Shown one piece after another: positions 31,305 to 39,519 of a stretch of DNA of 64,000 nucleotides. The notes beneath the pieces were generated by a model. It was not told the DNA's origin and searched no databases. It saw only the letters and a list, made by a program, of their open reading frames with translations. Source of the DNA: Gammaproteobacteria bacterium (GTDB taxonomy: Bacteria > Pseudomonadota > Gammaproteobacteria > VBWC01); NCBI GenBank assembly GCA_006218035.1, contig VBWC01000017.1, positions 1,408 to 65,407 on the forward strand, given 5' to 3'. Within the stretch, counting starts at the first letter, position 1; each line of letters starts with the position of its first letter. The translations under genes and the position numbers were made by a program.

Positions 31305-31943
31305 GTGATGACAAAACGTTTGCTTCCGCTGCTTTTTCTGCTGCTGACCACGGCGGCCGCCACGGCCGCTTCGTATGAGGAAGGCAAGCAGTACCAGCGC
31401 ATCATTCCGGAATCACCGACCGTCAGCACGACGGACAAGATCGAGGTTGTCGAGCTGTTCTGGTACGGGTGTCCGCACTGCCACCGCTTCGAACCCGTCA
31501 TTGATCGCTGGCTCGAGCATAAACCGGCCAACGTCGAATTCGTGCGTCTACCGGTCATCCTCAACGAAAAATGGGAGATCCACGCGCGTGTTTATTACAC
31601 GGCCGAGGCGCTCGGCGTGCTGGACAAGACCCATCTCCCGCTATTCGAAGCGATTCACAGTCAGCGGCGTAAACTCGATACGGAGGACAGCCTGATGGAA
31701 TTCTTCAAGGGGTTCGGCGTGAAAGAGGAGGACTTCCGTAAAACATTCCATTCATTCGCAGTCGACAGCAAAGTGCGGCGCGCACGCGAACTGGGCCGTC
31801 GCTACAACATTAGTAGCACACCGTCGATCGTTATCAATGGCAAATACCGCACCGATCCTGGCATGGCGCAGGGGCAAGCCAGCGAGACCATGAAGGTAGT
31901 CGATTTTCTTGTTGCCGAGGAAACAAGAAAAGCGGCACGCTAG
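31305..31943 (+). CDS. dsbA: Thiol:disulfide interchange protein DsbA
   Basis: Signal peptide, FWYGCPHCHRFEP active site, 212 aa. Confidence 0.9.
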   Translation: MMTKRLLPLLFLLLTTAAATAASYEEGKQYQRIIPESPTVSTTDKIEVVELFWYGCPHCHRFEPVIDRWLEHKPANVEFVRLPVILNEKWEIHARVYYTAEALGVLDKTHLPLFEAIHSQRRKLDTEDSLMEFFKGFGVKEEDFRKTFHSFAVDSKVRRARELGRRYNISSTPSIVINGKYRTDPGMAQGQASETMKVVDFLVAEETRKAAR

Positions 31944-31959
31944 CAGTGTCTATTCGTCG

Positions 31960-33591
31960 ATGAAAGTCTCCGAGCTGTTTGTCCGATGCCTCGAGAACGA
32001 AGGTGTTGAGTATGTCTTCGGTATTCCCGGCGAAGAGAACCTCGACGTCATGGACGCGTTGCTCGATTCATCGATCAAGTTCGTCACGACGCGCCACGAG
32101 CAGGGCGCGTCCTTCATGGCCGATGTCTACGGCCGGCTGACCGGCCGCGCCGGGGTTTGCCTGTCAACACTGGGCCCCGGCGCAACGAATCTTGTCACCG
32201 GCGTTGCCGACGCCAATATGGATTGCGCGCCTCTCGTCGCGATCGCCGGCCAGGCCAGCACCAACCGGTTGCACAAGGAATCGCATCAGGTGCTCGACCT
32301 CGTTGCGCTGTTCCAGCCGATCACCAAATACGCCGCGCAGATCGTATCTCCGGACATCGTCACGGAGATAGTGCGTAAGGCGTTCAAGCTGGCGCAGACC
32401 GAAAAATCCGGCGCGTGTTTCATCGAGTTCCCGGAGAACATCGCAGAACTGTCGAGCAATGACCAGCCGTTGCGTGTCCAGCATCACACACATCCGGAAC
32501 CTGCGGCGGATCGCGTCCAGCACGCGGCGGAGATTATTTCGAACGCGCAGAACCCGATGATTCTTGCCGGTAACGGTGTGATCCGCGCGAAGGCGTGGCG
32601 ACAACTGGCGGAGTTCGCAGAAAAACTCCATATTCCCGTAGCAAACACCTTCATGGCCAAGGGAATCATTCCGTTCAAGCATCCCATGGCGCTGGGCACG
32701 GCCGGATTGCAGTCACGCGACTATATTAACTGCGGTTTTCAACAGGCCGATGTGATCATCTGCGTCGGTTTTGACCTGGTTGAATATCACCCGCACTTGT
32801 GGCATCCGACGCGCGACCGCAAGATCGTCCATATCGCGATGACACCGGCGGAGGTGGATGCCTGCTACATCGTCGAGGCGGGCGTCATCGGTGATATCAA
32901 ACACAGCCTGATCCGTATCGGTGAACTGGCCACGCCGCATCAGGGCCACCGCATGCACGGCCTGCGTGATACGTTGATCAACGAAATGAACGAGCATCGT
33001 GCCGATACGTCGTTTCCAGTCAAGCCGCAGAAGATTGTCTGGGATCTGCGCACCGCGCTCGAGCTGGATGACATCGTCATCTGCGACGTCGGCGCCCATA
33101 AGATGTGGATGGCGCGGGTATTCCGCTGCGAGGAGCCGAACACCTGCATTATTTCGAACGGTTTCGCCAGCATGGGTATCGCGGTGCCCGGCGCCGTCGC
33201 GGCCAAACTGGCGTACCCGGACCGGGCAGTGGTCGCAGTCACCGGCGACGCGGGCTTTTTGATGAATTCCCAGGAAATCGAAACGGCGATGCGCCTCAAG
33301 GTACCCGTCGTGATCCTGATCTGGAACGACGGCGGCTACGGTTTGATCGAATGGAAACAGATGAGCAGCTTCGGGCGGGTTTCCAATGTAAAGTTCGGTA
33401 ATCCGGATTTTGTAAAGTACGCCGAATCGTTCGGCGCGACGGGTTATCGGGTGCAAAAGACTGCCGAGCTGCTGCCGATACTACAAAAGGCCCGGGAGGA
33501 TAACACCGTCAGCATTATCGACTGTCCGGTGGATTACCGGGAAAATCTGAAGTTAACGCAGAAACTGGGGGACATGGTTTGCCCGATCTAA
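31960..33591 (+). CDS. Thiamine-diphosphate enzyme, acetolactate synthase (AlsS)-like
   Basis: MKVSELFVRCLENEGVEYVFGIPGEEN...GDAGFLMNSQEIETA (TPP-binding motif). I chose the start at the internal ATG. The listed ORF starts at 31909. Confidence 0.8.
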   Translation: MKVSELFVRCLENEGVEYVFGIPGEENLDVMDALLDSSIKFVTTRHEQGASFMADVYGRLTGRAGVCLSTLGPGATNLVTGVADANMDCAPLVAIAGQASTNRLHKESHQVLDLVALFQPITKYAAQIVSPDIVTEIVRKAFKLAQTEKSGACFIEFPENIAELSSNDQPLRVQHHTHPEPAADRVQHAAEIISNAQNPMILAGNGVIRAKAWRQLAEFAEKLHIPVANTFMAKGIIPFKHPMALGTAGLQSRDYINCGFQQADVIICVGFDLVEYHPHLWHPTRDRKIVHIAMTPAEVDACYIVEAGVIGDIKHSLIRIGELATPHQGHRMHGLRDTLINEMNEHRADTSFPVKPQKIVWDLRTALELDDIVICDVGAHKMWMARVFRCEEPNTCIISNGFASMGIAVPGAVAAKLAYPDRAVVAVTGDAGFLMNSQEIETAMRLKVPVVILIWNDGGYGLIEWKQMSSFGRVSNVKFGNPDFVKYAESFGATGYRVQKTAELLPILQKAREDNTVSIIDCPVDYRENLKLTQKLGDMVCPI

Positions 33592-34400
33592 GTGCAACGC
33601 TAAGCGACGCATGTCGCGACACAGCACCACTCGCCGGCGCAAAGCTTCATCTGAAGTTGTTGAGCTATAACATTCAGGTGGGCGTGGCAACCGCGCGTTA
33701 CCATCACTACCTCACGCAAAGCTGGCGCCATGTGATACCGCACCCGGCGACGTTTACGAATTTAGAGCGCATCGCACGCATGGTCAGCGACTACGACATC
33801 GTCGCGCTGCAGGAAGTCGACGCCGGCAGCATGCGCAGCTACTACGTCAACCAGGTCGAGTACCTGGCAGTCAAGGCACGTTTTCCATTCTGGCATCATC
33901 AGACTACCAGAAATCTTGGGCGCATCGCGCAGCACAGCAACGGTCTGCTGAGCAAGATCCGTCCGACCGCGGTCACAGAACATCGATTACCTGGCCGCAT
34001 TCCCGGGCGCGGCGTACTCGAGGTGCGGTTTGGTCACAAGGATAATCCGCTGGTAGTACTTGTCGTGCATCTTGCGCTGGGCAAGGGTTCGCGCGCCAAA
34101 CAGCTCGATTACATCACCGGGATCGTCAAACAGCATGAGCATGTGGTATTGATGGGCGATTTCAACTGCGCGGTACACAGCCAGGAAATCGATCTGCTGT
34201 TAACACGCACGCATCTGTGCGAACCGCTGGACAGATTGAATACCTTTCCAAGCTGGCGGCCGGTACGCAATATCGATCATATTTTGACGTCGCCATCGTT
34301 GCGCATTGCCGAAGTGCGCACCCTCAATCACATGTTCTCTGATCACTTGCCGATTGCCGTCGACATCCGTATACCGGACGGCGTGCATCTCGCCGCATAA
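33579..34400 (+). CDS. Endonuclease/exonuclease/phosphatase (EEP) family protein. The start is uncertain (non-ATG).
   Basis: LLSYNIQVG...ALQEVD...MGDFN...SDHLPI motifs. Confidence 0.8.
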   Translation: MPDLSATLSDACRDTAPLAGAKLHLKLLSYNIQVGVATARYHHYLTQSWRHVIPHPATFTNLERIARMVSDYDIVALQEVDAGSMRSYYVNQVEYLAVKARFPFWHHQTTRNLGRIAQHSNGLLSKIRPTAVTEHRLPGRIPGRGVLEVRFGHKDNPLVVLVVHLALGKGSRAKQLDYITGIVKQHEHVVLMGDFNCAVHSQEIDLLLTRTHLCEPLDRLNTFPSWRPVRNIDHILTSPSLRIAEVRTLNHMFSDHLPIAVDIRIPDGVHLAA

Positions 34401-34434
34401 TCCCGGACAATAACCCCTGAGTAAGGCTAGGCAC

Positions 34435-34472
34435 TCTGCCGCATATGCGGCAGACCGCGTTTATTTATATTT
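34435..34472 (+). terminator. Rho-independent terminator after the EEP gene
   Basis: Perfect 20-nt palindrome TCTGCCGCATATGCGGCAGA followed by a T-rich tract. Confidence 0.6.
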
Positions 34473-34492
34473 CATAGAACGTAAGATGACGC

Positions 34493-34714
34493 ATGGAAAA
34501 CTGGTTGCACGGTCACATGGCGGCGATTTTACTCGGCATCGAGATCCTGTGGGTCGGCGGTGTCATCGCAATTATCGTGTTTTATTTTTTGGTGAGAAGG
34601 CGATTCTCAGGCGCGAGGCATCAATCGGGAACCGCACTGTCGGATGAACACCCGCCGTCGACGTCCGGTGAAGATGAATCACCGGCGGCTGATCGAAAAC
34701 CGTCACGCAAATGA
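34493..34714 (+). CDS. Small single-TM protein with a charged/acidic tail (hypothetical)
   Basis: 73 aa: a hydrophobic helix AAILLGIEILWVGGVIAIIVFYFLV followed by RRRF...SDEHPPSTSGEDESPAADRK. I see no homology. Confidence 0.35.
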   Translation: MENWLHGHMAAILLGIEILWVGGVIAIIVFYFLVRRRFSGARHQSGTALSDEHPPSTSGEDESPAADRKPSRK

Positions 34715-35075
34715 AAACGATTGTCGTTTTAATTCGCAAACGAATAAAACAACGCCTGGATACGCGCTTTTTTTGTTAAATCGCATAAGCAATCTCACAT
34801 TCCATCCGGAATGTTTGCCACCCACAACGATTTAGCATTATTCCCCAAGAAAATAGTGCTTTATTAAGATATGACAACGCCCGATGAATATGGTAAGAAA
34901 TAACTTAACAAGACCGAGAATTCGAGTCTGAACGGTATTTCTTCGGTAGGGAGCAGGCCTGTTCGACAGGTTCCACGAGTAATTGGGTTGCCATATTTTC
35001 TTGCTGTTCGCGTAATGCCGAAAGAAGCGTGGCGAGTTAACGGGAATTAATAAATAACACCGAGAGGAATTCAAT

Positions 35076-36290
35076 ATGGTTACTGAAACAGTCATGCTGA
35101 AGATCGAATCCGCGAGACAAGCCGCGCAGGTCGCGGCCGCGCAGGGGAAGACATTTACCGTGGGCAAGGCCGTCGCAGGCGGTGGCATGAAGAACATGCT
35201 GATCCTGAATCCAACGACAGCAGGCGGCCAGTCCATCGCTGTGCAACTGGCCGGTAATAATCAGGCCGCAACCGTTGCCGCAATGGGCGGTAAAACTGTC
35301 ACCATCGGCAACTCGCCGTTGATGCTCGGCGGTGGCGCGAGTAAATGGGTAGTAGTCAAACCGGTTGCCGGTGCTATGACTGCCGGCGCCGCTGGAACCG
35401 GCGCCGCTGGTGTCGCGGCGAAAGGTGGCGCGGTCAAGGCGAGCGGTGCCGCCGCTGCGAAAGCAGGCATGGCCGCGAAAGCAGGTGCCGCGGGGATGGC
35501 GGTCAAGACCGCAGCCGCGGGTGCCGGCGCTGCAGCCGCAGCTGACATCACCATTACCAAGATCCAGGGTGCCAATTCGATTCTTATCGAGGTCACCAAT
35601 GCCAAACAGGCCGCCATGGCCAAGGCAGCCGGCGGCAAGGCGTTCACCGTGATGGCACCTCCGGTCGGCGCCAATGCCAACAATATGCTATTCCTGAAAC
35701 CCGCCGGCGTTGCGACAGGACAGGGCGGCAATCAGGTCATGATGCTGAAGGTTCAGGAAGGTGCCAATCAGATCCCGTCATTGATTGGCAAGACGTTCTC
35801 GGTTAACAAAGCGCCGATAGCGGCCGGCGTCGGTCCTAAGAACCTGATTATTCTGAAGCCGGTCACGGTGACCGCCAAGTCAGCAGCAGCCACGTCGGCG
35901 GCAGCGGCGAAAACCGCTGGCGGCAAGGCCGCGGCCGGTGCAGCGATGAAAACCGGTGCCACAGCAAAGGCGGCGGGCGGCATGGCCGGCAAGCCGATGA
36001 TGATGAATGCCGCGATGACCACCCCGGCGGCAACATCTGCCGGCAAGGCGTGCGTCGCCGGAAAAAGCGCCGCGACCGCAACAACAGCGGCAGCCACCGC
36101 GAAGACAACGGTAGCAGCGGGCACCATCTGGTCAGGCACCGGCTGGAGCCTCGGTCTTGGATTGGGCTTGGGCGCATGGGGCCCGGTGATCCTTGGCGGG
36201 CTCGCCGCGGCCGGCATTTATGGCTACGTGCGCAACAAGAAAGACCAGGAGGCCCACAAGTCCGACAACGAACTCCAGCCGGCACACTGA
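35076..36290 (+). CDS. Alanine-rich repeat protein with an Mms6/MamG/MamD-type LG-repeat C-terminal membrane anchor (MamD/Mms7-like)
   Basis: RBS GAGAGGA lies upstream of the ATG. The C-terminus is GTIWSGTGWSLGLGLGLGAWGPVILGGLAAAGIYGYVRNKKDQEAHKSDNELQPAH. There are four internal ~45-50-aa modules (GKTFTVGKAV..LILNP, GKTVTIGNSP..VVVKP, GKAFTVMAPP..LFLKP, GKTFSVNKAP..LIILKP). A terminator follows. Confidence 0.75.
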   Translation: MVTETVMLKIESARQAAQVAAAQGKTFTVGKAVAGGGMKNMLILNPTTAGGQSIAVQLAGNNQAATVAAMGGKTVTIGNSPLMLGGGASKWVVVKPVAGAMTAGAAGTGAAGVAAKGGAVKASGAAAAKAGMAAKAGAAGMAVKTAAAGAGAAAAADITITKIQGANSILIEVTNAKQAAMAKAAGGKAFTVMAPPVGANANNMLFLKPAGVATGQGGNQVMMLKVQEGANQIPSLIGKTFSVNKAPIAAGVGPKNLIILKPVTVTAKSAAATSAAAAKTAGGKAAAGAAMKTGATAKAAGGMAGKPMMMNAAMTTPAATSAGKACVAGKSAATATTAAATAKTTVAAGTIWSGTGWSLGLGLGLGAWGPVILGGLAAAGIYGYVRNKKDQEAHKSDNELQPAH

Positions 36291-36336
36291 GTCGGCGCGT
36301 TGAATTAACTATCTGAAACGCGCAGTACGACACACA

Positions 36337-36368
36337 AACCCGCCTGGCAAACCCAAGCGGGTTTTTTG
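36337..36368 (+). terminator. Rho-independent terminator of the MamD-like gene
   Basis: AACCCGC-loop-GCGGGTT followed by TTTTTG. Confidence 0.7.
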
Positions 36369-36453
36369 TTTCGTGGCACTACTGGCGACATGTCGAACGG
36401 AAGCGCTTCGAATTCCCGCCGTGCCTAAGTTCCGACGTACGACATTAACGAAG

Positions 36454-36814
36454 TGGCGCGCCCGAGACGGTGAGGCGAACGCTGTTCGCGAAGCGCCGCT
36501 TCGCGCGAGCCGAGCGCCTTGAGGCTGTGCCGAAAGGCCGGGAATCCGAGCGGGTGTGACATAAACAAAGTGAATGGCGCACCCGAGAGGGTGAGTCGGA
36601 ACCGAATGTCCATAAGACATTCGCAGTTCGGCGAACGCCCGAAGCGCAGCGTAGGGCCGGGAATCCGAACGGGCGCAGAATGAACGAAGTGAATGGCGCG
36701 CCCGAGAGGGCAAGGCGAGTGAAGTATGCGAAGCACCGCTTCGCGCGAGCCAAGCGCCTTGAGGCTGTGCCGAAAGGCCGGGAATCCGAGCGGGCGTGAC
36801 ATAAACAAAGTGAA
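36454..36814 (-). repeat. Tandem array of three ~120-bp units, each starting with a copy of the 3'-terminal 16 nt of tRNA-Arg
   Basis: Plus-strand TGGCGCGCCCGAGAGG or a close variant occurs at 36454, 36575, 36694 and, in the tRNA itself, 36815. That gives a period of 119-121 bp. Units 1 and 3 share about 85 nt that are nearly identical. Unit 2 has a different interior. Confidence 0.9.
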
Positions 36815-36891
36815 TGGCGCGCCCGAGAGGATTCGAACCTCTGACCATCGCCTTCGGAGGGCGGTACTCTATCCAGCTGAGCTACGGGCGC
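36815..36891 (-). tRNA. tRNA-Arg (anticodon CCG)
   Basis: The reverse complement folds as a cloverleaf: GCGCCCG-TA-GCTC-AGCTGGATA-GAGT-A-CCGCC-CTCCGAA-GGCGA-TGGTC-AGAGG-TTCGAAT-CCTCT-CGGGCGC-G-CCA. The anticodon loop CU-CCG-AA gives CCG. Confidence 0.9.
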
Positions 36892-36959
36892 AGGGGGCCT
36901 AAGGATACCCGTGTTGCCGACCGTCGTCCATGCGCGCCGGATAACAGCGGCGGGAATTC

Positions 36960-37432
36960 GCCCTCCAAAACGCGGCACGGCCTCGGCCAGCGACCGGGAT
37001 TGCAGACGGAAGAACATCTCCAGATAGCGTTGCGTCTCCTGGCACTCCAGGTTGGTCACATATTTCCGGAAACCATAGATACGCGACAGCGTCATCGTGC
37101 GCTCCGCATACAGCTCCCAGGTGGAATGGGCGCGGATTTGCGCCAGTGTTCCGTTAGAAATCTCTTCCCAGTACTCCTTCCGCGGTGCAAGGCTCCAGAA
37201 AATCCGCGATCATGTCGGCGGCGCCCTGGCCGCGATCGGGTCGATGTGAAACCCGGAGACTTCCGGTTCGATAATTTCCAGTGGATCGCCGTAGCGCATT
37301 GCGAATGTCGGCCGGCCGGCGCTCATTGCCTCGATCACTGTCAGGCCAAACGGTTCGGTCAGCGCCGCGCCCGGGCTCCATGTCGCGGCCACGCACCAGA
37401 CCGTGCATGCTGATCAGCGGGATATACAGACC
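36960..37432 (-). pseudogene. Degraded sucrose-synthase / sucrose-phosphate-synthase family glycosyltransferase remnant
   Basis: Three frames are needed to read it: [21 protein letters not shown] (SPS-like N-terminus), then [38 protein letters not shown], then [67 protein letters not shown] (SuS-like C-terminus). Most of the gene is missing. Confidence 0.7.
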
Positions 37433-37436
37433 GTCT

Positions 37437-38384
37437 CTATCGGCCGGCGTCCCGCTCCCACTGGTCTATATACGACGCATACAAGCCTTGATTGGTCGTC
37501 GTTGCGCCGCGCACGCCGCAGATCGCCGACGCGAAAGCGAGCGCCCGGGCCAATATCGTCGCGACCGGCCAGCCGCCGGTCAGGCCGAGTATCGACACCG
37601 CGCTGAAGGCATCGCCGGCACCAACAGTATCGACAAGACGCTTCACCTTGACCGGCTTGCCCGCGTCGATACCCTGCGCCGTGTCGATGAACGCGCCCTG
37701 TTCGCCGCAGGTCACCATCAGCATGCCGATTCTGAAGTGCCTGCGCAACGCCGCCGCGAGTTCATGCGAATTGGCGTCGGGTAGCCGTTCATACGACGCG
37801 ATCTGTTTTATTTCGTCATTATTCACTTTGACGCGCAGAGCGTCATACAGCGCATTCGTCGCCAGCTCCATCGTCGACCAAGGCGGGCGCAGGTTGATAT
37901 CGACGAAACGTGGCACATTCGTCTGGCGACGCAACGCATCCAGCGCGCCGCGCGACACCGGTTGACGCGCACCCAGCGTGCCGTGATAAAGCATCGATAG
38001 CGGTGTCCCGGCGATGGCGGCGATCGCGGCACCGGCGTCGATGAAATCGTAGGCCTGGTCGGGAACGATAAAGAACGTCGGCTGACCGTTTTTCAGCGCG
38101 ACCTGCACGGTGCCGGTCGGATGCGCGGTATCGGTCTGGATCCCGGAGATGTCCATACCCCAGATCATCATCGCAGCCAGCATCTGCTCGCCGAGCGCAT
38201 CGTCGCCGACGCGACTGATCAGCAACGGATCCAGCCCGAAACCCTGCAGGTGCCACGCGACGTTGAATGGCGCGCCACCGAGCACCGACGATCCATCGGC
38301 GAACTGATCGAACAATACCTCGCCGAACACCAACGGCCGCCGCGGGGTATCCCGGCCCGAACTAGGTCGGACCATGACATCCAT
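37437..38384 (-). CDS. PfkB-family sugar kinase, fructokinase-like
   Basis: 315 aa. N-terminal GGAPFNVA and C-terminal DTVGAGDAF motifs. Confidence 0.8.
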   Translation of the reverse strand: MDVMVRPSSGRDTPRRPLVFGEVLFDQFADGSSVLGGAPFNVAWHLQGFGLDPLLISRVGDDALGEQMLAAMMIWGMDISGIQTDTAHPTGTVQVALKNGQPTFFIVPDQAYDFIDAGAAIAAIAGTPLSMLYHGTLGARQPVSRGALDALRRQTNVPRFVDINLRPPWSTMELATNALYDALRVKVNNDEIKQIASYERLPDANSHELAAALRRHFRIGMLMVTCGEQGAFIDTAQGIDAGKPVKVKRLVDTVGAGDAFSAVSILGLTGGWPVATILARALAFASAICGVRGATTTNQGLYASYIDQWERDAGR

Positions 38385-38915
38385 CGAATGTTACCGACAC
38401 GGGCGCCGACGACAAGCGACCGGCCGGGAAGGCCGGGTACAGGAAGGCCGTTGACGCAACCGCCGATAGCGAAACCGGCCGCGCGATACAGAGAAGGGTA
38501 ATGCTGATTTTCTTAAAACAGGAGACGATTCCGCTCCTCGAAGTCGTTTTTGAAAAAACTACTGTCATAATGATATGTCAGGTTCGCACGCAACAAACCG
38601 GCGCAAACGGCGCCTCTCAACGGACAGTATTGCATGACAATATCCGTGTGCACCCGTCGGCTTGATCGGGGCATACATCAGTAAACGCCGTTGCAGATAA
38701 TTGCGATCGATTATCGACTCACAATCCGGAATGGGACGGCATGCCGTTTTGTTTGGTAGCGACAGCCGCACTTAAGTATCCCTTAAGGCGAGTGCGTGAA
38801 CTTACCCATAATATTCAAGTCATATTTGTCGATAGTTTGTGTCGGCGACGCTGACCGCAAACCCTCAACTACCGCCCGGTAACGGGCCGATCAATTTATC
38901 GAAGTACCGGCGTAC

Positions 38916-39503
38916 ATGCGTAGTCACAGCGTCCAGGGTCATACCGAAAAAGTCTGGGATGGCTTCGTCAGGTTCTTTCACTGGACACTGGTTGTTTCCT
39001 TTGCAGCCTCGTACTGGACCAGCCAGTCCGGGATGCAGAACACGCACATCGTGCTCGGCTATCTGATATCCGTGCTTGTTGTGGCACGTATCGTCTGGGG
39101 ATTCACCGGAACCCCCTACGCGCGCTTCAGCAACTTTGTTTATTCCCCGGGTGCGGTGCTTGGTTATTTGAAGGCCATCGCCACAGGACACCCGCAACAC
39201 TATCTCGGTCATAACCCCGCGGGTGGCGCGATGGTCGTCATGTTGCTGGTGGGGCTGGTAGTCGCGACGGTCGCGGGCTTCATCGTGTTGATGGTGATCG
39301 AATTCGAGGCGCCGCTTCCCGGCCTGATGATCCACATGACAGATGCACAGGCCTATTTATGGCGCGAAGTCCATGAGACCACGATTGACGTTATGCTCGT
39401 GATGATCGCTTTTCATCTGCTCGGCGTGCTTCTCGCGTCGATACAACACCGGGAAAATCTCGTCCGCGCTATGATTACCGGCATCAAACAAAAACCTAAA
39501 TAA
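38916..39503 (+). CDS. Cytochrome b561-family membrane cytochrome
   Basis: 195 aa, four TM segments with conserved His residues (VRFFHW, THIVLGY, GHNPAGG, AFHLLGV). Confidence 0.75.
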   Translation: MRSHSVQGHTEKVWDGFVRFFHWTLVVSFAASYWTSQSGMQNTHIVLGYLISVLVVARIVWGFTGTPYARFSNFVYSPGAVLGYLKAIATGHPQHYLGHNPAGGAMVVMLLVGLVVATVAGFIVLMVIEFEAPLPGLMIHMTDAQAYLWREVHETTIDVMLVMIAFHLLGVLLASIQHRENLVRAMITGIKQKPK

Positions 39504-39519
39504 CCCACAGGACGGAGCC

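Noticed and set aside
35261-36333. Several 150-aa ORFs antisense to or out of frame with the MamD-like gene.
   Set aside because: They are shadow frames of a GC-rich, Ala-codon-rich gene. Their products are low-complexity Pro/Ala/Arg, and none has an RBS or terminator of its own.
36454-36830. Regularly spaced repeats that might be taken for a CRISPR array.
   Set aside because: The repeat is the 3' end of the adjacent tRNA-Arg. The period is ~120 bp, and the sequences between repeats share long conserved stretches with each other. No cas genes are present.
36309-37095. ORFs of 179 aa and 216 aa (minus strand) spanning the repeat array and the tRNA.
   Set aside because: They read through a tRNA gene and through tandem repeats, which gives a repetitive Arg/Ser/Ala-rich translation. 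Only the first ~41 codons of the 216-aa ORF (from Met 37095) are meaningful, as part of the sucrose-synthase remnant.
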